A DNA stretch of 19,271 nucleotides from a virus. Lineage: Duplodnaviria > Heunggongvirae > Uroviricota > Caudoviricetes. Position numbers and translations under genes: made by a program. The stretch lies in the IMG/VR virus record IMGVR_UViG_3300037488_002392; one strand, 5' to 3'. The notes beneath the pieces were generated by a model. The model was not told where the DNA came from. It did not search any database and saw nothing but the letters and a program-made list of their open reading frames with translations. Shown here piece after piece: positions 7,258 through 14,936 of this stretch (within the stretch, counting starts at the first letter, position 1; each line of letters starts with the position of its first letter).

Positions 7258-7770
7258 CTACTTTTTAATATGCGATTCAGCTACCGCTAGTTTGGATTTA
7301 TGGTATTCAATCTGTTTCTCAAATCCTTTGATTGCCTCAATATGGTATATGGCGTTCTGCGCCCATGTTTTCTCAGCCTTTTCTTTATTGTACTCCATCC
7401 TGCGTTTGTCCTCAGCCCTTTCCTGTTCTATCTTTGCCAATGCAAACGCCAGTGCTTCTTCCTTGGTAGCGAATACGTTGTCAAATCCCCAGCAACCAGA
7501 GCGGTAAGTTGTTTCCCTTTTGCCTTTCGTTGTCTTGACCTCGTACCCGTCAAGGACTACCTCATCAGCATTGGGGGTGTAGTCATACACGGCAACCTTG
7601 CCAGAACTTTTCCAATCTGATTCTGTGCAACAGGGGCATTCAATAGTTACTTCGGCTTTGTCCCCCATGATTACTGTTAAATACTTGCTACCTAAACAGT
7701 GGGGACAAGTTTCCCATTGTTTATCCTTGTGCCATCGTGCAACCCAGACTTTGTCACCAATATCAAACAT
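7258..7770 (-). CDS. Hypothetical protein with a DnaJ-like CxxCxG finger and C-terminal coiled coil (170 aa)
   Basis: CPHCLG...CPCC; first gene after the 7800-7828 promoter; GGGGGTG SD. Confidence 0.75.
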   Translation of the reverse strand: MFDIGDKVWVARWHKDKQWETCPHCLGSKYLTVIMGDKAEVTIECPCCTESDWKSSGKVAVYDYTPNADEVVLDGYEVKTTKGKRETTYRSGCWGFDNVFATKEEALAFALAKIEQERAEDKRRMEYNKEKAEKTWAQNAIYHIEAIKGFEKQIEYHKSKLAVAESHIKK

Positions 7771-7799
7771 AATGCACCCCCTTTAACCTTTGTATATAA

Positions 7800-7828
7800 A
7801 ATATAACATATTATACAATGGTTGTCAA
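7800..7828 (-). promoter_or_regulatory. sigma70-type promoter
   Basis: TTGACA (7828-7823), 17 bp, TATATT (7805-7800), in an intergenic gap; 29/32 identical to the promoter at 15198-15229. Confidence 0.75.
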
Positions 7829-7831
7829 TAG

Positions 7832-8050
7832 TTATTGCAGAAACTTTAGGGTTTCTTTCAATTCTTTTATTTCTGTAGCTAATTCAGCCGTCCGTAGGTT
7901 GATGTAGGCTATCATTGCTTCAGGGGGAATCTTCAATCGTTTCCCATCCCTGCTTGCCTTCAACCTGTTCCTTTTTATCAAGTTAGAGACACATTGAGTA
8001 GTCACCCCTAGTAGTCTGGCTGCTTGTGTTGCGGTATAAACTTTAGTCAT
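7832..8050 (-). CDS. Excisionase/MerR-like HTH DNA-binding protein (72 aa)
   Basis: YTATQAARLLGVTTQCVSNLIKRNRLKASRDGKRLKIP; GGAGG SD. Confidence 0.8.
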   Translation of the reverse strand: MTKVYTATQAARLLGVTTQCVSNLIKRNRLKASRDGKRLKIPPEAMIAYINLRTAELATEIKELKETLKFLQ

Positions 8051-8061
8051 ATATCCTCCAG

Positions 8062-8169
8062 TTATTTGAGTAAACCAATAATTACAGATAGTTGAACAAT
8101 AATGATTAACGATGCTGTCGCTATGGTTCCTAATGAAAATGCAATAATAAGTTCTATTGTTTTAGACAT
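8062..8169 (-). CDS. Hydrophobic peptide (35 aa, not in ORF track)
   Basis: MSKTIELIIAFSLGTIATASLIIIVQLSVIIGLLK; GGAGG SD. Confidence 0.7.
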   Translation of the reverse strand: MSKTIELIIAFSLGTIATASLIIIVQLSVIIGLLK

Positions 8170-8181
8170 AAATTCCTCCAG

Positions 8182-8298
8182 TCATTTAAGTAATCCGATA
8201 ATTGTTATTATTTTTATTAAGTTACCATTAATAAATATTAGAGTTGTTGCAATGCTTGAAAGTAGTGCAATGATGATAAAGCCTTGTAGGTTAGACAT
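8182..8298 (-). CDS. Hydrophobic peptide (38 aa, not in ORF track)
   Basis: MSNLQGFIIIALLSSIATTLIFINGNLIKIITIIGLLK; AGGAGG SD; paralog of 8062-8169. Confidence 0.7.
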   Translation of the reverse strand: MSNLQGFIIIALLSSIATTLIFINGNLIKIITIIGLLK

Positions 8299-9580
8299 AT
8301 ATCCTCCTATCATTATCCCATGCTAGGGGTATCGATATATCACTATCACCCTGCCTGTTTTTGGCAAGGATTAATTCGGCTGTTCCCCGTAATTCGGGGT
8401 TCTCCATCAAAAGTTCAGGATATTTATCGGGACGGAACATGAGCAGTGCTACGTCAGCGTCCTCCTCCAAGCGACCAGTTTCACGAAAACTAGTGAGAGT
8501 GGGTCTTTTGCTCTTATTGTGCTGGTCTTCTACACCCCTAGATAGTTGTGATAATATAAGTCCAGGCACTTCAAGGGCTTCTAACACTTGTTTTGTTCTT
8601 GTAGAGATTAAGGATACCCTTTCATATGGAGACTTCCCCCCGTCTGCAAATAGTTGAAGGTAATCCACTATGATAGCTGACAACCCATGCGTAAGTTTCA
8701 TAGTTTCTGCTATCCTAAACAGCATATCAGTGGTAACCCCTGCTCCAGTATTAAGTCCTCTTCCCAAAAAGTATATGTTTTTCTCTGCCATCTTAGGCAA
8801 AGTGTTGACTATTTGCTTATAAAACTCATCGTAGTAGTTTCCTATTCTGACAGAGCGAGGATGGACAGCTAACTCAGAGGATATCATTCTATCTAAGAGT
8901 CCTCTCCAATTCATCTCCAACGAAGCGAATAATATATTACCTTGTGTTTGCATATTGTCAGCAATTTGCATTGCAAGGCTGGTCTTTCCGTGGCTCGCAC
9001 GTCCTCCCAGTAGCCACATTTCTCCTTGGAACATTCCCCCCGTTTCATAATCCAATTGTTCGAAACCTGTTTTAATAGAAGTCTTTAATCCGTGAGAGAG
9101 GGTAGCGTATCTGTCTGCTCCCATCAGTGCAAGTTTGTTAGGGGTTATCAGGCTGTCAGTAAGCACTGATTTGCCTATTGTTGATAGCATCTGGTTAGCC
9201 TTTAATAGGTTGTCCTTGGGGTCAACGTTGAGGGATGCCATTGCGCTGATTTGTTCAGAAGCAGAAATAATCTTTCGGTTTACGGAACAGTCCTTAACTA
9301 CTCTGGCATATGATTCTACCCCAACAGATGTCACTGCCCTGGCTACTAAACCAACAATATAGCTAACTCCGCCAGCTTCTTCTAATTTCCCCATCCTATT
9401 TAATTCATGTGGTACAGTAATCTCGTTGGGGGTTTCGCATTTAAGCATGGCAGTATAGATAAGTTGGTGCTCAGAAAGGAAAAAGTCAGATGGCTCTAAA
9501 CTTAAGATTCTTATACAATCGGGGTCAATCAGGATGGCTCCCAGTACCGCCATTTCCCCGTCATCGTTGCGGGGTATCAT
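8291..9580 (-). CDS. dnaB: Replicative DNA helicase DnaB (429 aa)
   Basis: N-terminal EMAVLGAILID, Walker A GGRASHGKTS, IVDYLQL, LSQLSR, RETGRLEEDADV, ILAKNRQG. Start moved to the ATGA overlap at 9580. Confidence 0.93.
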   Translation of the reverse strand: MIPRNDDGEMAVLGAILIDPDCIRILSLEPSDFFLSEHQLIYTAMLKCETPNEITVPHELNRMGKLEEAGGVSYIVGLVARAVTSVGVESYARVVKDCSVNRKIISASEQISAMASLNVDPKDNLLKANQMLSTIGKSVLTDSLITPNKLALMGADRYATLSHGLKTSIKTGFEQLDYETGGMFQGEMWLLGGRASHGKTSLAMQIADNMQTQGNILFASLEMNWRGLLDRMISSELAVHPRSVRIGNYYDEFYKQIVNTLPKMAEKNIYFLGRGLNTGAGVTTDMLFRIAETMKLTHGLSAIIVDYLQLFADGGKSPYERVSLISTRTKQVLEALEVPGLILSQLSRGVEDQHNKSKRPTLTSFRETGRLEEDADVALLMFRPDKYPELLMENPELRGTAELILAKNRQGDSDISIPLAWDNDRRIYV

Positions 9581-9849
9581 TTCATCCACCAACGCCACCG
9601 TGGTAGAAAGGAGTTACTACCACGATGGCTAAGAGAGTAAAGAAGACTCACAAACCAAGAAGGTTTGTAAGCGGAAACGCTTATAGTGGTTATTGGTTTA
9701 TTGATATCAGAATGTTTAAATGAGAATGGTTTGAACCCCTCTACTATAGCACCCCAAGCCAAATCGTTCCACTTACCATGTATGAGCTTGGTGCGTAACT
9801 CTAACTGGGGGGTTCCCCATTCTATTGTGAAAGTAAATGTTTTATTCAC
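9577..9849 (-). CDS. Hypothetical protein (90 aa)
   Basis: Coupled ORF upstream of dnaB; GGGAG SD. Confidence 0.6.
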   Translation of the reverse strand: MNKTFTFTIEWGTPQLELRTKLIHGKWNDLAWGAIVEGFKPFSFKHSDINKPITTISVSAYKPSWFVSLLYSLSHRGSNSFLPRWRWWMK

Positions 9850-10225
9850 CTTCTATCTCTCCCCATTTATCAGGCAAGTCGGGGAATTTCCCCTCATGTC
9901 CTAAGGGTAGCTCAGGGAACTTACCCATCAGGTCAGTTAAGGCTGCGGATGATTTCATACTGAGTTTGAGTTGTTGCCACAGCTCATACAAAACTACTTC
10001 AGAGATGCTACCAAGTACCCGTTCCTGCGATTTATCGAACCTCAGCATCTGCTCTATCTGTTCCATCCACCACTTATCACGGGCAGCCGCTGTCTTGGAG
10101 TCCTGTGCTTTAATTAGGTCTGTAAAGAATGTACGAGGCAATATATAAGCATCAGTGGTGGGGAAAGATGGTGATATTATAACTTGCAATATCTCATCGT
10201 CAATCAATAACCGTTCATTTTCCAT
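9842..10225 (-). CDS. Modular family protein (RLL / AARDKWW / WQQLK), 127 aa
   Basis: ENERLLIDDEI, AQDSKTAAARDKWW, WQQLK. Confidence 0.75.
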   Translation of the reverse strand: MENERLLIDDEILQVIISPSFPTTDAYILPRTFFTDLIKAQDSKTAAARDKWWMEQIEQMLRFDKSQERVLGSISEVVLYELWQQLKLSMKSSAALTDLMGKFPELPLGHEGKFPDLPDKWGEIEGE

Positions 10226-10490
10226 TCCCTATCTCCTCCCTACGCTCTTGCCAGCATTGATAGCACTCCAGTTTGAGAGTATCTTCATCAAACTCTTTGG
10301 TATCAGGATTGAAGATATGGTTATGTGGGCAAGTGCTTTGTGCCCACCCTACCCATTCCTTATCACGAGCAGCGAGCATGGCAGAAGCACCAGCTTCAAA
10401 GTTCTTGTACATTGAACACTGTTGCTCAGGTGGTAAATCCTTGCAGTCACAAGTTTCTTCCCATCCTTCAGGTCGCCATTCTGTTTTCAT
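10215..10490 (-). CDS. Modular family protein (WRP / EAGASAML / RDKEW / CWQERR), 91 aa
   Basis: Start moved to MKTEW (ATGA overlap, AAGGAG SD). Confidence 0.75.
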   Translation of the reverse strand: MKTEWRPEGWEETCDCKDLPPEQQCSMYKNFEAGASAMLAARDKEWVGWAQSTCPHNHIFNPDTKEFDEDTLKLECYQCWQERREEIGNGK

Positions 10491-10669
10491 ATCCCTATCT
10501 CCTTGCGGCGGGATTGCCAACAGTTAAAACATGCACTCTTGGAAGTCCCATCTCGGCGGTGCATACATGTATCTTCTCCCCACTCTACCCACTCTTTATC
10601 ACGGGCAGCGATGGCTTCGTCCCATGCCTTCTCGCAGTCACCATAGGTTTGAAAGTATGGATTATTCAT
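10487..10669 (-). CDS. Modular family protein (AARDKEWVEW / CWQSRRKEIG), 60 aa
   Basis: Shared modules; ATGA overlaps on both sides. Confidence 0.75.
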   Translation of the reverse strand: MNNPYFQTYGDCEKAWDEAIAARDKEWVEWGEDTCMHRRDGTSKSACFNCWQSRRKEIGI

Positions 10670-10953
10670 AACCCTAACTCCTTCTTGAGTTGTTGCCAGC
10701 TCTCTATATGGCAGACTCCCGCTTTATCACAAATCAAACAATGTTCGGAGTCAACCTCCAGGCTTAGACAGGTGCCGATAAACTTCTCTATCCTCTCTAC
10801 CCACCACTTATCACGGGCAGCGGTAGACTTGACATCTTGGGCTTTGCAGAAGTAAGCAATCGAGATATCTCCCGCATGGTCGTAGGCTTCATCATCATTT
10901 AAGAGGTGACAAATTTCAATATTACTTAATAACCTATCCATTGGCTCATTCAT
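10666..10953 (-). CDS. Modular family protein (RLL / AARDKWW / WQQLK), 95 aa
   Basis: DRLLSNIEI, AQDVKSTAARDKWW, WQQLKKE. Confidence 0.75.
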   Translation of the reverse strand: MNEPMDRLLSNIEICHLLNDDEAYDHAGDISIAYFCKAQDVKSTAARDKWWVERIEKFIGTCLSLEVDSEHCLICDKAGVCHIESWQQLKKELGL

Positions 10954-11171
10954 TTCTCACCTCTTAATTCTGCCATACATTGAGGGCAGAGATAGCGATG
11001 TTTTATGTGTATCACATCTCCGCATCCACAATGCAAGGGGATTTTACACGGCTCATCCAAGTAGACCAGCAGGGCAGAGAGCATGGCAGAGGCACCAGCT
11101 TCACACGCTGACCTCTCAGGTTCATCAAATAAATTTCCCCAATCATCAGGTCGCCCATTTATCCAGTTCAT
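10950..11171 (-). CDS. Modular family protein (GRP / EAGASAML / CPxC-ELRGEK), 73 aa
   Basis: Shared modules; ATGA overlaps. Confidence 0.75.
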   Translation of the reverse strand: MNWINGRPDDWGNLFDEPERSACEAGASAMLSALLVYLDEPCKIPLHCGCGDVIHIKHRYLCPQCMAELRGEK

Positions 11172-11437
11172 AACACTCCCATATTTTTTTTGAGTTGTTC
11201 AAAAGCTTGGCATGAAAAAGAATGAACAGAACAAGTAAGTTTATGCTTACAGTTTCCTGAATAGCAACCATAAATTAACTCTTTGACTCCTGCTACCCAC
11301 CACTTATCACGGGCAGCGATGGATTGGTTGCTATGGGCAGCACAGCAACCCCATTTCGAGCAACTATCGCAATCAGGTACTTTTGCTAATGGGTCACGTT
11401 CTGCGCATGGAATACCACCAAGCATATCTTTACTCAT
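11168..11437 (-). CDS. Modular family protein (Cys-rich / AARDKWW / EQLKK), 89 aa
   Basis: Shared modules; ATGA overlaps. Confidence 0.75.
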   Translation of the reverse strand: MSKDMLGGIPCAERDPLAKVPDCDSCSKWGCCAAHSNQSIAARDKWWVAGVKELIYGCYSGNCKHKLTCSVHSFSCQAFEQLKKNMGVL

Positions 11438-11754
11438 TTCTCACCTCTTAATTCATTCATACAAGTAGGGCAGTCTTTACGATGCAAATAGCTTGCTTTA
11501 TATTTGCCGGTTGGGAGCAGGATTACTTCGACCCTACTCGCATCTACCCTATCTCGGTTATCCACCAGATGGGCAGGATTATCACACGGGGCATCCATAT
11601 ATTTCAGCAGTTTGCGTTGACCTTGACAAAGACTCTTGTAATGATCGTGAATTACGCATTGCCCACTTACTACACATTTATTGTATTTACTTTGGTAATG
11701 CTCTCGTGAACTGCATTTATCACACGGATTAACTGGTTTCCAGTCTGTAGCCAT
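11434..11754 (-). CDS. Modular family protein (WKP / CPxC-ELRGEK), 106 aa
   Basis: LLKYMDAPC...RKDCPTCMNELRGEK. Confidence 0.75.
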   Translation of the reverse strand: MATDWKPVNPCDKCSSREHYQSKYNKCVVSGQCVIHDHYKSLCQGQRKLLKYMDAPCDNPAHLVDNRDRVDASRVEVILLPTGKYKASYLHRKDCPTCMNELRGEK

Positions 11755-11939
11755 TAGATTCCCTCCCCTTTTTGTGGACTCATAACAAGTGCGATTCTTT
11801 CGTATTCAATCCTATCAATGTAGACAGCATATCCAGAGTACAAAATTACTCGGCACAGGTTATCATCACAGTATTCAACTCTGCATATATCAGATACCGT
11901 GAGGGGGCAATTCATATTTCTATTGTCTTGTATTTTCAT
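11754..11939 (-). CDS. Small Cys-containing protein (61 aa)
   Basis: Start moved to MKIQD (ATGA overlap; AAGGAG SD embedded in the upstream RKKEIG codons). Confidence 0.65.
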   Translation of the reverse strand: MKIQDNRNMNCPLTVSDICRVEYCDDNLCRVILYSGYAVYIDRIEYERIALVMSPQKGEGI

Positions 11940-12277
11940 AACCCTATCTCCTTCTTGCGTTCTTGCCAGTCCCCCAGGGCAAATTTGGATAGGCAATTGA
12001 ACTCTAAACCATAGTCAGTTTCATGGAATAGGTTAGATTCAAGCCACTCCACCCACTCTTTGTTGCAGGAATCAATGGCTATAGCGACAGCCTTGTTATA
12101 GGCATCTAACGATCCGCAGTTGTCAGCACATTTAATGTCGTCACGGCTATTAGCATTGTGACAATATTTGCAAACTACAGGTATAGATGCCTCGTATTCC
12201 TTCAATCTGTTGCAAGTGTCTGGATACAAGGGGCAATGCCGTATTTCAATCTCACAATTTAGGCAAGGAGTTTTCAT
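11936..12277 (-). CDS. Modular family protein (Cys-rich / NKEWVEW / WQERKKEIG), 113 aa
   Basis: Start moved to MKTPC (ATGA overlap). Confidence 0.7.
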   Translation of the reverse strand: MKTPCLNCEIEIRHCPLYPDTCNRLKEYEASIPVVCKYCHNANSRDDIKCADNCGSLDAYNKAVAIAIDSCNKEWVEWLESNLFHETDYGLEFNCLSKFALGDWQERKKEIGL

Positions 12278-12603
12278 TTCAGGGCACTCCGTATCCATTC
12301 GATTGCCATTGTCTTAATATCTTCCGGTACTTCTACGTTAGCAGCCATTAAATCCGTGACACATTTTACTGCAACCTGTCTTTCAATGCTTAAATCCCGT
12401 GGGTTTTTGGGTGCTGTCTGGCTCAATTCCGCCATTTTATCCATTGAAAGATCATAGCAAAGGTCGAAGTCCTTAACATAGATTTGCCCTTTGTATTCAT
12501 CCATCTGAAGTCTGACTGCTGCGTCCTGCTTTAAGAGCACCCACTTGGCTTCCATATTTCCTTTCCACATAGGATTTTCGCTTTCTAATAATCTCCTGGT
12601 CAT
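12274..12603 (-). CDS. N-terminally different paralog of the 5311-5712 protein (109 aa)
   Basis: DLSIERQVAVKCVTDLM...EWIRSALK aligns with DISIEAQVAVKCITDIM...EWMRNSLK. Confidence 0.7.
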   Translation of the reverse strand: MTRRLLESENPMWKGNMEAKWVLLKQDAAVRLQMDEYKGQIYVKDFDLCYDLSMDKMAELSQTAPKNPRDLSIERQVAVKCVTDLMAANVEVPEDIKTMAIEWIRSALK

Positions 12604-12890
12604 TTATTGGCCTCCTTTAATTCATTAAGACATTGAGGGCAGTCCTTACGATACTTATAAAACTTTTTTCCATTTATTTCTATCAATGGTGCGGCAGTGA
12701 ACCATCCATGCCTTTCATTACTACATGACCCATACATATATTTAACCACATCATGTAGCATGGCAGAGGCACCAGCTTCGTAGGAGTTGGCACATTCCAT
12801 TTCTACATAAGGATTATCAACATGGTCAGGATTGCGGAAATCATGCGGATTCATCCAATCAGTAGGTCGTCCTTTAATCCAGTCTGTCAT
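12600..12890 (-). CDS. Modular family protein (GRP / EAGASAML / CPQC-ELK), 96 aa
   Basis: Start moved to MTDWI (ATGA overlap). Confidence 0.75.
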   Translation of the reverse strand: MTDWIKGRPTDWMNPHDFRNPDHVDNPYVEMECANSYEAGASAMLHDVVKYMYGSCSNERHGWFTAAPLIEINGKKFYKYRKDCPQCLNELKEANK

Positions 12891-13414
12891 AACCCTACCT
12901 CCTTGCGGCGGGATTGCCACACGTTATAAGCGCAAACTTCCTTCCGCATTTCGGGACAATTTGTACACTGTAGATATTTCCGCTCCAAGCAAATGTACGG
13001 CAATAGGTTATGAAATAGTTTATCAAGCCACTCTACCCACTCTTTATCTGTCTTGGCGAGTTGGGCAGCGGATGCCATCTCAGCAAATTCCATCCCCTCA
13101 CACGGCTCTGCTTTCGCTTCGCACTCAAGCGAGTTGTCACAGTCCATACAAAATAATTCCACTAAGTCCATATCACGCAATAGTCTATTTTCGCTCATAA
13201 TCCTACACTCCTTTAGATAGTCACACGATAATCCTTCTTCGAGCAAACAGGGTTTACCATTTATATCACAAGTTGCAATTGGGTCGGTAGGTTGTTGATG
13301 CCCACATTTACCTAAGAGGCTATCAATATATTCTTCATACTGTTCAGATTCATGCCCACTAATTTGCCTGCTTTCATGTTCACGAATCTCATCATCAGAT
13401 GCTAACCTACTCAT
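12887..13414 (-). CDS. Modular family protein (two RL modules / DKEWVEW / WQSRRKEVG), 175 aa
   Basis: MSRLASDDEI and internal MSENRLLRDMDL, suggesting a fusion of two units. Confidence 0.75.
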   Translation of the reverse strand: MSRLASDDEIREHESRQISGHESEQYEEYIDSLLGKCGHQQPTDPIATCDINGKPCLLEEGLSCDYLKECRIMSENRLLRDMDLVELFCMDCDNSLECEAKAEPCEGMEFAEMASAAQLAKTDKEWVEWLDKLFHNLLPYICLERKYLQCTNCPEMRKEVCAYNVWQSRRKEVGL

Positions 13415-13776
13415 AATCCTATCTCCCTCCAGCAAATATCACAAGAATGTTTCTGCTTTATAGGCATATTCCCCGATGTGAAATGCGGGCAAGGTTCGTT
13501 CATATACTCCACCACATCTTTCAATATAGTAGATGCCCCTGCCTCGTAGGCTGCTACACAGATATGGCAAGCATCTGGGTGTTCTTCACAGCGTCCGCAG
13601 TAGTCAGGTTGGCCTACCCATTCTTGTGGTCTCCATTTTTCGAACCTCTGCGTGTTTCTCATTTCCTTTTCTCTTCGAGCTTTTCGTTTAAGTCTCCTAT
13701 CTAGTTCACGAGATAATTTACCACTCTTCCTAATTATTGTTACCTCACTATGCATTACTTCTACTTCTTTGTTCAT
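13411..13776 (-). CDS. Modular family protein (WRP / EAGASTIL / CDICWREIG), 121 aa
   Basis: Basic N-terminal extension plus shared modules; ATGA overlap at 13773-13776. Confidence 0.7.
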   Translation of the reverse strand: MNKEVEVMHSEVTIIRKSGKLSRELDRRLKRKARREKEMRNTQRFEKWRPQEWVGQPDYCGRCEEHPDACHICVAAYEAGASTILKDVVEYMNEPCPHFTSGNMPIKQKHSCDICWREIGL

Positions 13777-14405
13777 ATCCAACTCCTACTTACTGGCGTA
13801 TATTTTATTTCGATGGTCGCTCCTTCAATCATAGGCATTGGGTTGCCTTGAGCAAAAGCCATCTCCCCTGCTTTCCTCATTAAAGTCTCTGAAGGGATGC
13901 AGTATTCACGTGGCACAAGGTTAGGCTTTACTACTGTTACCTTTACATAAGTACGATAGTTAGTTGTTCCCATATTATGGTGGGAGGTTTTGGATAGAGC
14001 CGTGACACCAAGGTCGGGAAGGGGGATAATCTCACCAGTTTCCTTTGCATCCTCAGTTTTTTGCCAGAATTCTGTTGCCCGTGCCATCATCTCTTCATCG
14101 GTGGTTTCAATGAGTTTCTTGCGGTAGACTGACAGCGACCCATCTACTTTACTTATTAACCCATCAACGTTCATAATATAAGGTTTAAAGAGTGCCCTGA
14201 CACGCTTCTCTGACTCAAGGATAGGTTGGAGAAGGTTATCCAATTGCTCTTTAGCCTGTTTGCGTGCATATTTAAGTTCAGCACTGAGTTCCTCAACTCT
14301 TTTCTGCTCAACAATGTTGGTGATTTGGATGTTTTCTGCCCATTTCAATAGGTCAGCGTTTTTTTCTACTACCTTTGACAGGGCTTGCTGTGCGTTATCA
14401 ATCAT
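13773..14405 (-). CDS. Gp157/Mu-Gam-like coiled-coil phage protein (210 aa)
   Basis: Long amphipathic helical N-terminal half, then VVKPNLVPREYCIP...IEGATI, typical of this phage family. Confidence 0.55.
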   Translation of the reverse strand: MIDNAQQALSKVVEKNADLLKWAENIQITNIVEQKRVEELSAELKYARKQAKEQLDNLLQPILESEKRVRALFKPYIMNVDGLISKVDGSLSVYRKKLIETTDEEMMARATEFWQKTEDAKETGEIIPLPDLGVTALSKTSHHNMGTTNYRTYVKVTVVKPNLVPREYCIPSETLMRKAGEMAFAQGNPMPMIEGATIEIKYTPVSRSWI

Positions 14406-14406
14406 G

Positions 14407-14565
14407 TTATTTCCCCAATTTAGGCAAACGGCATATTTTGGGTATTGACTTTGTTGTGTCTATATTCTCGATATAGAGGCTTAATTCCTCGCACCATTCT
14501 CCAGCGGAGGCATTCTTGTTCAAGTAAGGGCATTGACTGCAAGTATTAACTTTTATTATTCTCAT
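14407..14565 (-). CDS. Small Cys-rich protein (52 aa, not in ORF track)
   Basis: MRIIKVNTCSQCPYL...WCEE...PKICRLP; ATGA overlap with the YopX-family stop. Confidence 0.7.
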   Translation of the reverse strand: MRIIKVNTCSQCPYLNKNASAGEWCEELSLYIENIDTTKSIPKICRLPKLGK

Positions 14566-14936
14566 TTCTTTTTCCTTGGTTTCTCATAAATGTTACCAAC
14601 TACTTCCATTGATTGAGAAAATTCTTTATCAAGCGGTTGTGTTTCAACGTGGGGAAAGTCTAGGCAGAATGAGCAATCGTCTTGGTTCCAGATGACTGTT
14701 CCTATGTTCCCGCCGTTATCTTTGAGTAGGTCTCCCTCGTAAATTTCCTTTTTATGTTTATCCTTAATTCCTGTATATTGATAACTGGGGCGGTCATCGC
14801 CATCCATTTTACCAAGCGGCAAGGTCAACCCATCAAAACCATGTCCAAGATATCCCCAGTGATGCCAATGGAAAGGTAGTGTTACTCCGACGGCTGACTG
14901 TTCTTTTATAGCCTGTTTAAATTTTATTATTCTCAT
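14562..14936 (-). CDS. YopX family protein (124 aa)
   Basis: MRIIKFK...QYTGIKDKHKKEIYEGDLL...EVVGNIYE. Confidence 0.9.
   Translation of the reverse strand: MRIIKFKQAIKEQSAVGVTLPFHWHHWGYLGHGFDGLTLPLGKMDGDDRPSYQYTGIKDKHKKEIYEGDLLKDNGGNIGTVIWNQDDCSFCLDFPHVETQPLDKEFSQSMEVVGNIYEKPRKKK

Larger units (their letters stand above)
10067..11317. repeat. Dispersed 21-nt identical repeat CCACCACTTATCACGGGCAGC (encodes AARDKWW)
   Basis: Exact copies at 10067-10087, 10801-10821, 11297-11317; variants at 10351-10373 and 10589-10609. Confidence 0.85.
10950..11454. repeat. Gene-junction repeat TCATTTCTCACCTCTTAATTC (encodes ELRGEK-stop, SD and next ATG)
   Basis: Exact 21-nt copies at 10950-10970 and 11434-11454. 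Confidence 0.85.
10376..12779. repeat. Dispersed 22-nt repeat GCATGGCAGAGGCACCAGCTTC (encodes EAGASAM)
   Basis: Exact copies at 11081-11102 and 12758-12779; one mismatch at 10376-10397. Confidence 0.85.
10501..12919. repeat. Gene-junction repeat CCTTGCGGCGGGATTGCCA (encodes WQSRRKE and the next gene's SD)
   Basis: Exact 19-nt copies at 10501-10519 and 12901-12919. Confidence 0.85.

Noticed and set aside
10490-12920. Identical MAIPPQG N-termini predicted for two ORFs (10520 and 12920 starts)
   Set aside because: Artefact of the WQSRRKE junction repeat read in another frame; true starts are the ATGA-overlap codons at 10490 and 12890.
9960-13050. CRISPR array or DGR explanation for the ~21-nt repeats
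   Set aside because: Repeats are of several types, irregularly spaced, in-frame and protein-coding. No cas or reverse transcriptase gene is in the window, and no adenine-specific TR/VR pair was seen.
420-14448. Plus-strand ORFs in the left arm (e.g. 420-854, 2850-3281, 7157-7507, 10325-10855, 12832-13200)
   Set aside because: They are antisense shadows of a continuous, SD-supported, overlap-coupled minus-strand gene chain. Recurrent HHLSRAA strings simply mirror the AARDKWW repeat.
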